Translations under genes and position numbers: made by a program | NCBI GenBank assembly: GCA_030141605.1 | Contig: JAQGDQ010002381.1 | Coordinates: 186,001-250,000 of the forward strand | DNA length: 64,000 nucleotides | Origin: Tubiluchus corallicola | Lineage: Eukaryota; Animalia; Priapulida | Reading direction: 5' to 3' | Shown here: piece by piece, positions 38,150 through 51,203 of the stretch | Layout of the letters: each line of letters opens with the position of its first letter | How positions within the stretch are numbered: position 1 is the first letter of the stretch | The notes under the pieces: generated by a model | Told to the model about the DNA's origin: nothing | Database searches by the model: none | What the model saw: only the letters and a program-made list of their open reading frames with translations

Positions 38150-39275
38150 TGTCTAGCTACCTACATAGCCACCCACCTAACTTCCTGCCTACCCACAGTC
38201 TGCCAACCTGCCTACCTACCTATAGGCACATCCTACTTACCTACCAACCCTCTGCCTTCTTACCCACCTACCTACCTTCCTACCGACTTACCTACCGACC
38301 GACTGACCTACCTACCTATACCTAAATGCCTACCTACCTGCCTACTTAGCTGCCTACCTAGATACCTGCTTTGCCTACCTATATGTACATCCTACTTACC
38401 TACCTACGCCCTGCCTTCTTACCTACTTACCTGCCTGCCTACCTACCTATCTACCAACCAACCTACCTTCCTACCCACCTACCTACCTACCTAACTAACA
38501 ACCTATTGTTCGTATGCCTGCCTGCCTGCCTGCCTATTCCCTGTTTGTACTATTCCCCTATATACCTGACCAGCTACTTACCTACGTATTTACCTACCTG
38601 CTTACCTTCTTACATACTACTTAGTACCCACTTACCTACCTGCCTACTTAGCTGCCTACCTAGATACCTGCTTTGCCTACCTATATGTACATCCTACTTA
38701 CCTACCTACGCCCTGCCTTCTTACCTACTTACCTGCCTGCCTACCTACCTATCTACCAACCAACCTACCTTCCTACCCACCTACCTACCTACCTAACTAA
38801 CAACCTATTGTTCGTATGCCTGCCTGCCTGCCTGCCTATTCCCTGTTTGTACTATTCCCCTATATACCTGACCAGCTACTTACCTACGTATTTACCTACC
38901 TGCTTACCTTCTTACATACTACTTAGTACCCACTTACCTACCTGCCTACTTAGCTGCCTACCTAGATACCTGCTTTGCCTACCTATATGTACATCCTACT
39001 TACCTACCTACGCCCTGCCTTCTTACCTACTTACCTGCCTGCCTACCTACCTATCTACCAACCAACCTACCTTCCTACCCACCTACCTACCTACCTGCCT
39101 ACCTAACTAACAACCTATTGTTCGTATGCCTGCCTGCCTGCCTATTCCCTGTTTGTTACTATTCCCCTATATACCTGACCAGCTGCTTACCTACGTATTT
39201 ACCTACCTGCTTACCTTCTTACATACTACTTAGTACCCACTTACCTACCTGCCTAGTGCCTACGTACTTACCCAA
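38150..39275. repeat. (CTAC)n-derived region containing a 302-bp unit repeated about 3 times
   Basis: Identical ORF translations start at 38371 and 38673 (302 apart); a third copy follows. Confidence 0.92.
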
Positions 39276-41376
39276 TAGTGAGGCACATGCTTACTTAACA
39301 CTAGGGCAGCACAGATCTAAAATTCTTTTGGAGTAAGTCTTACGAAACTGGCTCCACTATAACTTCCTACCTACCTAGGCAATTACTACTGCCCTGCTTT
39401 TCTGTGGTTCCTGCACCTAACGGTTGTCTATAGTTTGGTAAACAATGTGGAAAAGGCATCAACGCATCACTAAATCAGTATAGCGATAGATGATTATACG
39501 GTCGCGTATGTCAGTCCCTATTCCCCATACCATTCTAAATCTTTTATTACTCGAGATTATACAATCCCCAGTTGATAGGATGCGTGTCATACCCAATTTG
39601 CTGTGATTAAACTATTCAAGCGACAGATAAGATCGAACAAGAGGCTTACTTCCACAGAAGCGCGCAAGAATAAGTGACAATTCTCACATGAATTCGTGAA
39701 CAAGGCACAGAGTCTATTGGCGTATAATGGTTTTTACATATCAGAAGGTTATTTGTCAAGATGGGTTACCATCCTCATAAGACATGGCGCCTTTAATCAT
39801 ATTTCCCTTTTAGTAATTGCAATCTTAAAGCAATCAAGCACTTCCTGGATGTGCTTCTGAGTTTTCAAATCTTTTTGAACAATTCTGGCGTGCCCTACGT
39901 GTCCAGAAATACTAAACGTTATTTTACATCTACAATACTTGGCTGAAACAAATAGTGAAGAAAAATGTTGGATTTTTTATTTTCGTTTGCCCGTGCAAGC
40001 CGACCAGCATTCAGAATAAAGGCAGCAAACACGATTTGGTAAAAATTACATTCTGTAGTAAACCGGAACTGTTACTGTTCACAGAGGAATGCTGACCTAG
40101 CATTGATCACTAAGTAAATTTATTCTCTATAGTCTTGGGGCTACTACTTAATCCCTGAAGAAGCTTGGGTAGCTTTATCCAAATAAGGAAAGATTTCTAA
40201 AACGGCAGAATTGTCAGATGTTCAAATGCTTAGCAGGTACTAACCAGAACGAGTGCTGCTTCACTTTGAAAAACTTTGAGGTTATGACGCCAATCTGACT
40301 CATCGTGGTACATGTATGTAAATAATGTACTTTCTCAGTATAGTATAGTCTTGGCCTAGTACATGCTTCATACTTAAATAATCCATACTAGACCAGTGTA
40401 CCGTGTAGACCACGTGGTGTACTGCTTGGTTTTTTTTATCTGCCTTAAGCCGTACCACATATATATATACATTGTAATGTACAATGACTCCTGCTTTTAA
40501 TCGAGAACAGAGAAAGGAAAGAGTGAATGAGCGAGAGAAGGAAAAAGAAATCAGAGATAGACAAAAGAAATTTAAAATTCAAAATTTTTAAGAAAAATAA
40601 ACGTGACTAATTTATTTCTACTGGGAGTCCAGTTGTTCAGAGGCTAAAATTGGACATTGTCCAAAAATCAGATGGATTTTGGTCAAAATATGCGTGAGGA
40701 AGGCGTGATTCCGCGCATATTTTGTATCATTTTTCGAAAAATGGGTTATTTGTACATGGATGGGAACCTAATACGTTGGTAAACATCAGACGATGATACA
40801 TTTAATGTACGATCTATAATGTAGTCAGGTACAGGCATGCCACATTGCGTGTACATTATAAATGCACTTTACCTATATGTTGGTATTAGCAAATTACGAG
40901 TAGCGCATTGCGTTAGTGAACCGCCTCCGTTCTATAACTGCGCCGAGGCTTTTGTTTGCTAAACAATTTTTCCCCAGGAAAATCAAAAAGTTCGTGTAAT
41001 CTTTTGTCGTGAGATTATTCATACATTCACGCACCTGCATAGTGTATTTGTTTTGAAATAACGCCAGTCTAGCAGGTTCGTTGTGAAAGAAAATAGCAGC
41101 AAAGTTTATTAAATTTTCAGAGGAATTTACGTTATTAGAGTGAAGCCTTTGTACCTTTTAGCTGATAATGTTGTCAATATATAGTATTACAAAAAACTTA
41201 ATCGAGCGCGCAATTCTGATAAGGTTAATTTTCGTGCCAGGACAAGCTACCTCATACTATGCTCCTAAAAATAAAATAATATATTCGTTTAATATATTAA
41301 GATTAGTTCCAAAGCTTCACAACAGGACTGAGGCATCCAAGGCGTAGCAACAAGAACTTATTTATATAAGGAAGCC

Positions 41377-41378
<2 letters not shown>

Positions 41379-41419
<41 letters not shown>

Positions 41420-41495
41420 TCTTTCTTTCTCTCTCTTTCTCCCCTCTCTCTTTCTCTCTCTCTCTCTTCATCACTCTCTCTCCCCTCTCTCTCCC

Positions 41496-41546
<51 letters not shown>

Positions 41547-41614
41547 ACTCTCTTTCTCTCTTTCTCTTACTCCCTCCTGTCTCTCTCTCTTTCTCTCTGT
41601 CTCTCTCTCTCTTT

Positions 41615-41690
<76 letters not shown>

Positions 41691-41748
41691 TCTCTCTCTC
41701 TGTCTCCTTCTCTCTCTCCCCATTCTCTCCCTTTTATTTTCTCTCTTC
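41379..41748. repeat. (CT)n pyrimidine tract
   Basis: Directly visible. Confidence 0.95.
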
Positions 41749-43582
41749 ATCACGGAATAGTAAGCAGTATCAATAATGTGCACACGTTCCACACAGTGTT
41801 CGTTACATATGACAAACACATTTTTTAAAATTTATCCTGCAGACCTGCATACTTTACAGTTTAGTACTTTATGTAGTTGGTCATATTTACTGCCACTGAT
41901 ATTTATGACGAAGCAAAAAACCTTCATAAATCATAAACAATAATATCAAGTAATCAGGCCTCATATTATTTGAAAGGTTTCATCTATTTTATACAATCTG
42001 CATGCGAGCCAAAACTGTTTAAATAATAGTTTACATCAGTTCCATAATATTATTAATTTCACATATAACTGAAGGGTTTCACATTAAACTGCATGAAACA
42101 CAATCATGTGGTGAATTGTTATTAGAGAAGAGTAATTTCAGGATAAACTTTACCTAAACTGACCTGGCTCGGTGGTGGTATGCGATCGTGCCATTATTAT
42201 TCGCTGGTATCAAATTACGAAGCGTCAATAAAATACAAAATTAGAAATTTTCTGCATCGTCGAAAATGGCTGCTAAACTCGCTGAATAGCTAGAGAATAA
42301 TTTGACATATATCAGTAAAATCGAGGTGAATCCGTTGAGAAAAAACCGTAAAATATGAAAAAATAACCAAATATTTCGCTCCTACCCAATGAATAGTTTC
42401 ACAAAATAAAAAATGTTCGTCCTGCTGTAGAAAGTTTGTAATAAATACACAATTAACTAGATACACTATAGATTTAATAACCACTTATTTCGAAAGGTCT
42501 TAATTGTTCTGACTATTTAAATTACAGGCCAAAAAATAAAATAAAACAATGCATAGCTTCGTAATTTACGATACGTCGTGGTACAACGTACATAAACTAC
42601 ATAAACTAATTCACGTCGTTATCTAATTATATTGAACCATTAATATTGCTTTCTCTTACTTATATGTTTTTCAAGCTAAAGAAATAGCTTTTTGGTGCGT
42701 TATAAATCAAAAACTGTTTTAAGTTGTTTTGTGTCAACTTCATCTCAAAAACAGCAAAACTTCTGAACTAAATAAAACAGTAAACACTCTATAAGCACTA
42801 GGAAAATAAACTGTTACAAGCGTTTTGCAAAAATAAACTGTTACAAGCGTTTTGCAAAGACGGTGTTTTCTACACGTAATTTTGCCCACAGATATTTTAT
42901 CTGCAAAAAGCAACGAAACATAAGCTTATCATTGGTACTTGGCATTCTAATTAAGTAATATTTTTTATTTAAATAGGACAGCATTAGTTTCCAAACTGCA
43001 CAACAATATTGAAGCGATCTTCGCAAGAGTTTACTTAACTGACATCGTACTTGGTGCATTGACTTTAAGTCTAACTCCTGTGTACGACATATATAAAAAT
43101 ATATTTTATGTTTCTTATCAATGTGCCGCCTCTCCATATATTTATCCGGATGTTGTTACGTTTTTACTTTAGATAGAAAGTGATCTTGAACTACGCCGTT
43201 AGTTCCATTTTCCAAAATCAAAGGTAAAAAAGGTTTCACAGGCCCAACTGTTGGTTTTCTAGCTTCGCAGTATAGCAGACATAACATATTTTAAAACAGA
43301 ATGATCAGTTAAGGTGTATATGTACAGAGGGTGATCTGGTTACACTGTAAGAGCTGAGCAAATTTACGGATGCGTGAAAATAAACAATAGATTTAATATG
43401 ATAGCATTGTGAACAGAGATGGACAGCTCGTGGAACGAGGGTCATTTGTTTTTCCACTCGTTGTTGGTTTTGTCATTAAATGCTGGTTAAATTCACAAGT
43501 GAGAACTTTAATTACCGTCACAGGGCTTTCTCGGGTTTATTTAAAGTTCACTGATTGTCTTCGTGTTAACTGTTGTTAAATG

Positions 43583-44062
43583 CAGGGCCTATTTCAGCCT
43601 AAGCGAGGCCCCCTGGGGGGGGGGGGGGCGTTGGACGGGCGCCACCATGGTTGGCGCCCAGAAAATTTTTGAACTGCTAGAACGCCGGAGAAGTATTTTC
43701 GAAGAGAAAATATGAAGTTATACAGTTGTTAAAGGAAAGAACAATTGAAAGAAAAACTGCTTTATTCTCAAGACCAGTCCTTAATACTTGTCAAATAGTC
43801 AAATAAAAAACAACATCTTTGCAATATGTGATACCGTACTCTCTCACTTCCGTACAAGCCGGTGTTAGAAATTCCGAAATTGAAAACAGCTGAACATCGC
43901 ACCGAGCCGCTCAAGGCAAACGGCGCGCGTGCGGCAAGAGAGAGGGAGAGAGGAGACAGTATGTTCGCAAAAAGCAAAAAAAATGTTACTTCGGCGCGAG
44001 GCCCCCCTGGAAGGAGAGGCCCCAGGGAAGTAACCCACTCCCCCCCCCTGAAATAGGCCCTG
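43583..44062. mobile_element. hAT-type MITE, 480 bp, probably young
   Basis: Perfect 15-bp TIR CAGGGCCTATTTCAG; perfect 8-bp TSD GTTAAATG (43575-43582, 44063-44070); subterminal GAGGCCCC repeats. Confidence 0.9.
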
Positions 44063-44264
44063 GTTAAATGTATGTAATTAAAATATAACTGGTTAGTTAA
44101 TTATGTCTGCCTTCATGTTTTTTTGTTAAGTAGCAGTTCAGTAACTCTCGTGGTGATATTGAGAAAAATGATTTACGTGGTGCGTGCTGCTAAAATATTG
44201 CATGTACACAGCACAGGTACAATACATTCTTAGACATTTTGGTTACTCTGCAGAAAAGAGTGAC

Positions 44265-44580
44265 CAGAGCTATAAATAAATACCCCAATAAGTCTTCTCT
44301 TAATGTACAAAGTAGTTCAATTCCTTCAACTTTACTTTCAAACACTTAACTATCTGTTACTGTATCAATTTCTTTTCTTCAGGTCTGCTTAATCATTACC
44401 TATTTGGCTTTTGTTAACTACTTAATTAGTGCATAATAGACTCTGCCTATATGAACTGGTTGCATGTTTGTAAAATTACCACTGGTGATGACAGCAGCAG
44501 CTTGTCGAAACGTTTGGTATGATTTTAGCAATTTAAAGTAAAAGTTTTAATACCGTTGTATTGCTTTTAAAGTTCTATAA
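44265..44580 (+). mobile_element. Penelope-like element remnant (GIY-YIG C-terminus plus pseudo-LTR)
   Basis: ...NKSSLNVQSSSIPSTLLSNT* resembles the P-x-LNVQ-x-x-SIP PLE ORF end and is followed by a minimal hammerhead motif. Confidence 0.55.
44477..44519 (+). ncRNA. Minimal type I hammerhead ribozyme (Penelope type), core variant CUGGUGA
   Basis: TACCA-CTGGTGA-TGACAGC-AGCA-GCTTGTC-GAAACGTT-TGGTA: stem I TACCA/TGGTA, stem II GACAGC/GCT(T)GTC, palindromic stem III AACGTT. Confidence 0.6.
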
Positions 44581-45585
44581 ATGTTTTTAAGTGTCTGTAA
44601 TAAAAATTAACTTCGTTATTTTGTAGATTTACTTGCCTTCCTCGTCACAGTAGGGAATATGTGTTTTTTTACTGTTACATAAGAGGAAGTGATTAAGAAA
44701 AGGCATAGGTTCGAGAAGTGATCTTTTCCCTAACTAACACTGTTTAAATGTAACAAAGAATGTATGCCTAGCGATTATATAAAGCATTACTTGTAACACA
44801 AATTGCAAATAAAAATGTAAATTACTTTTGTGTAGGCTAAACGTCTTTTAGAAATGTGTACATAAAACTAATTCCTAAGCTTCACGTCGCAAAAAGGATG
44901 GCTAAAATTTTACTATGAATATATTCATCAACTCAGCAAGCCAAACAAAGGTGTAAGCTATATAATGTTCTACAGATTCGCTCGCTATTTGCCTTACGAT
45001 ATATCCTTTGCATAGGGAAGAGTACGCTTACAACAGAATTATGTGTTAGAAATTAGAATGTTAATATATATTTATTTTACAGTGCAACTTATTATAATGG
45101 ATACTCCCACGAATCACGGTGAGCAACGTCAACGATGCCCAGACTTTCAAATACGAGTTCTGTCCAATTCAAATCATGTAATGTTGCTGATTACGAGAAT
45201 TTCGCACATTATCGCCTTGCATCATCCAAAATAGTCGAAACCCTAACATTCCACGCCAATGAGTCACGCGAAACTTGATTTACTGCACTGTCTGCTACCT
45301 TTTCTTTTACCCCTGTAAATTGATTTATTACTGGCGCCCATACAGAACCCGTTATCAGTTCAAAATTTGTGTCAGACTTCCACTGTCATCTACCCAGTGG
45401 ACAATAAGAAGCCTGTAGCTATTTGCATTATAATGGTGAGCTGGCATCATTGCGTACGGTCACATGCAAATCTTGTTCCAGGAATTTCTGGTCGAAAGAC
45501 TTGACCCGAATACTCATCTGGATGTTATTTTTGTTGTCCTTGTTGGAATTGGATAAGAGGCTGTGTAACCAACATTTACAATAGT

Positions 45586-46222
45586 AATTATAATAACAAT
45601 AATTTCGTTTAGGACATAAGCCAGGTAATCCACCGTAGGTAATTCAATACTTATTTCCGTGGTGGTTCCAGTTATTACCCGCATGCGGAGCTGGATTATG
45701 GCTTTTTGGGGCCCCTACGTTAATGAAATTATGGGGCACCCTCAGACGAAGCCACCCCTACCTCGCCGCATCCGTCTTGAATATTTTTTTACTTGTGATA
45801 TAGTTTAGCGACATTTAAGTAGGTTGAAATAAACTTATTGCAAATTCTTTAAATAAACCAGAATAGCATGTCTTTTGTTTGTCAATAAAAATATTCTTTA
45901 AAAGAAATATCCCTATTTTAGTATTTATTGCCAACCAAATTAGCATATATTCCAACATAACCGTAGTGAAAAACACAAATGTCAACCAAAGTTTGAAAGC
46001 TCCCCCCCCCCCAAGCATGAGCAGTTCTAGGCTGCAACCTACGCTGGCCTGTTGGATAATCCAGTCCTGCCCGCATGTTACTTCGATAATCATAAACACG
46101 TACGCTTATCAAAGAAGAACCATCGGTACCATTTTTAAATCTTTGGAATTTTTAAATCTGGACAGTTGGCCCGCAATCTCCACGGTAGTAAGCGAGCACG
46201 TTACCACTGAGCTATTCCCACA
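45586..46222 (-). mobile_element. tRNA-derived SINE (MetaSINE-like) interrupted by a hAT MITE
   Basis: Both halves align with 48190-48428 on either side of the 45686-46069 insertion. Confidence 0.7.
45686..46069. mobile_element. hAT-type MITE, 384 bp
   Basis: TIR CGGAGCTGGATTAT / ATAATCCAGTCCTG; perfect 8-bp TSD CCCGCATG (45678-45685, 46070-46077). Confidence 0.85.
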
Positions 46223-47337
46223 CCCAATAACTATAGACAAGTCAATAATGTTCCATCTAGCAGCAGTGTAACTGCACAGCTAAATAACACAAGGAGGACG
46301 TTTTCAACAGAACGACTGAACTACACCAAACAACAGGGGCAACTTTTGTAGATGGTGTGGTGCTGGTAGGAAGAGAACCTTTCATGAATGATAATCCTCT
46401 GCGATTTCAAATTAGGCACTCATATTGCGAACTAGCAACAGTTAACGTGGCAGTAGTAAGGCATTAAAGTTATTATGAAGTTCCAAGTAGGGTATGGAAG
46501 TTATTATAATTTTTGGTTTCGATGCTTAATAAATTACTTAATAAAAAGCTGATTCGACTCCAATGTTTACATTGGAACTGGAAGTGGTGCTGAATTGTGA
46601 ATGTGTGTGTAACGTATTTTGTTAATCATGTTTACTATTGACAAGCTATCAGCATAGTAGTGTTAGTTTTTTGCTGGATTCACTGCTATGTTTACCTGTA
46701 TTGAGAGCAGATTTCTTTTATTTTAGAATTCTCCCTGTCCACTACAACATGTGGTTGTTTCTTCTCCTCTTTTCCTTCTTCCTATCCCTAATCTTACTAT
46801 TTTTTTCCATTCCATCATTTCTTCTTGCCCCAACCATTCTTTCATTCTCTCATTTCCTGTCACCTCAACAAGCCAAGCTTTCAAGGTGTCATACAGCAAC
46901 TCTTTTATTTGGTTAATTTGACTTCATCAACGTTTTTTAACCTATACTGTTTCTTTTTTTTCAATAATTTTGTACGTTGATGTATTGTATATGTATTGCT
47001 GGAGTGAAATAAATTGATTTTGATTTTTGAACATAGTCGTAATGGGAATAAACTATAATGATACGATGATGAATGTTTACAGGTTCTAAACTGTACTTTG
47101 CTCATCGGCTTTACTAGAAAACCTGTATACAGAGTTTGTATTGTTTTTGTATATTTTTGTAACTACAACACTTAGTGAAAACACATCGTGAAATCAGACG
47201 CGCCATACATTCTTGCTTTCAATGCCAGCTGGAGCCTGGGTCAGTTGCTTAGCGATAAATAACCTAAATTTGTTAATGTAAGTCACTACGGTTGCTAGAT
47301 GGAGACTTACTTTTTGCATCAGACTGAATAACAATAA

Positions 47338-47340
47338 AAA

Positions 47341-47403
<63 letters not shown>

Positions 47404-47481
47404 CAGCAGTAGCAGTAGCAGTAGCAGTAGCAGTAGCAGCATCAGCAGCAGCAGCAGCAGCAGTAGTAATAATAATAATAA
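47338..47481. repeat. (TAG)n(CAG)n(TAA)n compound microsatellite
   Basis: Directly visible. Confidence 0.95.
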
Positions 47482-48189
47482 CTTGTAATTCATAATGGAT
47501 CTATTTCAGATATTTTAGTATAATACAAGTACTGTCATAATATTCATTCACAGACCAGTTAGCTCAAGGGAAAAGAATTTTCACCTCAAAAACTGCTATA
47601 TATATATATATTATTTATATATCATCTATATATACATTTATTTGCATATTATAATGCCATACATTGACAAGTTAGTATGATGGTAGCAATGTAAATTACT
47701 AAAGTAATTAATTAATTGAACAAAAGTGTTAGATACATAGTTTCAATTTCATCGTACGTAAATTCGGGTATTAATATTTCGTTGTTCAACGTTCAATAAA
47801 ATTCACGTGCTACTACTAATCCGATCATTGCAACCATAATTATTGTCATAATAACGTAGAAAAATTTTATTCTTTCCCAACGTTGTTAAGCTATTCTGAG
47901 TATTTAAGACTGACAATGCACGCAAGAGTTCATTTTTAGAGTTATCAATTGATTTCGATAGATTCAGAGCACGTTTAACAATTATCTTTGTAAGAGGATA
48001 CGTGTCTGCAAAGCATGTTGTCATACTACAATGAGAATTCCTTGGAAAAACACGGCGTAAAATTTTTCTATATTCCATTGCTAATGGATCGTTATTGTCT
48101 GTTAACTCAAATATTGAGCTACCATAGAAAAATGTATAGCAAAAAATATGAAGATAACAATTTCATTAAAGCAGATTTATTAGTTATTA

Positions 48190-48428
48190 GTAATAATAAT
48201 AATTTCGTTTAGGACATAGTCCAGGGATATCACCTTAAGTAACTCAATACTTTTCAAGATGGTCCCGATTACCCGTTCAAGGTGGTCCACGTACTACGAT
48301 AAGTACGTGTGCTTGGTTGAAGAACCAGCGGTACCATTTTCAAGTATTTGGTATGACTCGGTCGGGAGTTGAACCCGTGACCTCCGGAGTGAGAAGCGAG
48401 CACGCTACCATTGAGCTACACCACCCGG
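48190..48428 (-). mobile_element. tRNA-derived SINE with Meta-domain-like core and (TTA)n tail
   Basis: Minus strand: GTAGCTCAATGGTAG (A box), GGTTCAACTCCC (B box), then GTCATACCAAATACTTGAAAATGGTACC, which resembles the MetaSINE central domain as I recall it. Confidence 0.75.
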
Positions 48429-50563
48429 TAAGTAACAGTTAAAAAAGGATGAAAGTGAATTAGCAGCTGTAAAGCCACTTTTGAAATATATGACATCCAG
48501 TGATTGATTTAAATCATAGGTGACAATACGCCCTAAGTGATTAACACTATCGTGCCATTTTAATACTTTTCCATTAATTTCAATATTAGTTACATTAGCA
48601 TGTTTTCATTTTCTGAATAGAATCATTTTCGGTGGCAAACTCCCTGCATCTTTTAATCATCTTTTTTGAAGCATTTACAGACGGAGCAAGGAGAGTTACG
48701 TCGTCCGCGTAACCAGTCGCCCCGACAAATTGGTTTAGCAAGTAACATTCTAATCTGCTTTTTTAGCTTATGTAGTAGATCATTAATATATACCGTGAAC
48801 AAAATCAAAGAAAGCATGCTGCCTTGTCTTATTCAGTGAGTCGGCAGTATCACAGGTCACGTGACGCAAGTAAGCAATAGCTACCCTGCATCTTTATTCG
48901 AATAGCTCACAGCGCAAAAAAAGCTTCGTGCCAATCTAAAGGCGAACTATTCTGCGTTTCAGCGTTGCACGGCAATTAAAATCTCCACCGAACTTTCGTG
49001 TTGAACTGCAAACGTGAGCATTACATACAAATAAGATCTTGGAAATGTGGTATAACTTTTCCACCTAGACATTTCATACTCAACATGCAGCTGGTCTTTT
49101 CTTGTCCTTTAAATGATCGGTTGTGTCCGAGTTTCACCACTTTTTGAGGATGCGGTAACTGTAATGTTATTTCAACATTTTTAACGTGCAGTTAACTTAG
49201 GAATTAATTACAGCCTATAAACTGTTAGCTCAGCTCTTTAAAAAACGAGCCCACTTCCTAAATTCCCATTTCCAGAATGGCTTAATAAAATTACAGGTCA
49301 ATCGGGTAAACGATAATAATTTTGCACTTTTTTGAAAGCGACTTGCTGCTCCTGTTCTAATAGCATAAACACTGCAGCAAATAACAAAAAGTCATATTAT
49401 GAATGTACATATTATTGCGCTTTTTACTCATAATTGTGGAGCAGCTTTCATCGATTCAATGGCATGCAGCATCGTTATTAATATATCCCTGGAACAGGAT
49501 ATGATCACATATTATGAGTCTTCTCTTCCTGGAGGTAACTTAAATTAATGACTTGCGTAACAGTAGTATAGATAGACATTTCGCACCACAGAAAAATCGT
49601 ATAATACTGCGCGCTACAGTCAAGCACGCAATTCTGCATAATTTTACATAATTCCAGACACATTTTAGATAAATTCCCACAAAGTTAGTCACATGTATCA
49701 TGATGTATGTCGTTTGGTAAAACTAAAAACACTTACCGTAAAAAAATTATAACATTTCCGCCAAGAATTTTTCCCATCCACCATTAGACAGCAATGCCAG
49801 CTTACAGCTATGAAGGTAGGGTTACCAAATTAACGTATTTTCAACAAGCATGAAGTTCTAGCAATCTTTGACAAAACGTCGCCCTGCGGTCACTTTTAAT
49901 CAACTGGACCTTATGTCGTATTGTTGTTTTGTTAACTCGCCAGTGAGCATTTCGTCGTCTGCTGATTGCACCTGTTGCGCTCAGGTGAAGATGCTTAGCT
50001 TCCGGCTTCAGCGAATGAATGTTGAAACCTCCTCTGGCTGAATCAACGAAGCTGTAATCAGATACAGCGCCACACTGTGGCAAATACTCTAAACATTGTA
50101 CATGCAGAACCAAGCCGTCTGTGTACACTTCACATTTTCATAGCAAATTTCCTTCAATAAAATAATGCAAATGTTATGTGAAATTTAATATGAAAAGTTT
50201 GTATGTTTGTGAATGTCCTTATTGGATATTACATTCTCTGATATATTCCGTATAATTAAATAATCGTTTTATACTTTTTTGTTTGCATTTAGACACATTT
50301 GTCGTGAAACAGTGTTATTATTTTAACATTATGACTATAATGTTGAGGCTTACTCAGTTTTATTGTAAAAACAATGAATCATTTTAATGAGAAATAAAAT
50401 ACTACTACTACTAATAATAAATGCCTAGGCGTTCAATGAGGGTGCCAATAGGAAGGAAAAAATTTACTATTTGTATAAAAGAGGACGTCTTATGATCAAT
50501 TCTAATGTGCAATTCAGAGCCAATGCTAATGTATCAGGTTTTTAATTTACAGGCCAATGTTAA

Positions 50564-51171
50564 AGGAAAACAGGATAATTCTTCATATATTGCTCCATTT
50601 TCAGGTCAGATAAAAAGTATGCATTTTAACAGAGTTAATACTGCGAAAATTGTTTCTGATAACCAAGTAATAGATTTTAAACTTAATTAACGGCAGACGA
50701 GCACAACTATTCATGACATCACAAACTAAAATAATTTTCAACAACAAAATCTTTCCATGAGTACGTTGCACAGTTTGTTAAAGCGAAAATTGAAGTACAG
50801 TGCTACTGTAAGATTTCAGTGTGCTGTACTAAAATTAGGCAAGCTCTAAGATAAAAATTCACATTTCAAATTCACCTCTGTGCTCACACATAAGCTGTCT
50901 AACGTGTGTAGTTTGTCACAAACTAACACATGTAAACTGATAGGTACAGCACCTGTTTTTGTACAATGTATTTCCGAAATACAGACGCTACTGCCCATCC
51001 AACTACGAATGGCAAACAGCAAGGAACTAGTGACGCGAAAGCGAAATTGTGTTTGTGTGGTGGTAATAATTGTTTCACGTAAGTCACTTTTGAAAAAAAG
51101 TATGTTTCCTTTGAATATTTTAAAGAGTAGTTTGTTTTGACCTACAGTTTAAGATTGGGTCCAGTTTTGCT
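50564..51171 (+). mobile_element. Family A Kolobok-like element, full length
   Basis: TTAA|AGGAAAACAGGA...GGGTCCAGTTTTGCT|TTAA. Confidence 0.8.
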
Positions 51172-51197
51172 TTAAGAATTTAGTGCTCAGACATAGC

Positions 51198-51203
51198 TTT
51201 ATT
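51198..51203 (-). terminator. Candidate AATAAA polyadenylation signal for MTA (implies a ~1.4 kb 3' UTR)
   Basis: TTTATT on the + strand, downstream of the MTA stop; hexamer only, with other ATTAAA variants nearby. Confidence 0.3.

Noticed and set aside
38132-39336. Repeated LPTY-rich ORFs
   Set aside because: Translations of a CTAC-derived tandem repeat.
48350-48428. tRNA gene
   Set aside because: A and B boxes are present but the cloverleaf is poor and it continues into a SINE core shared with 45586-46222.
48856-48865. Perfect GTCACGTGAC palindrome (CLEAR/E-box)
   Set aside because: A single 10-mer with no identifiable target gene; not enough to call a regulatory site.
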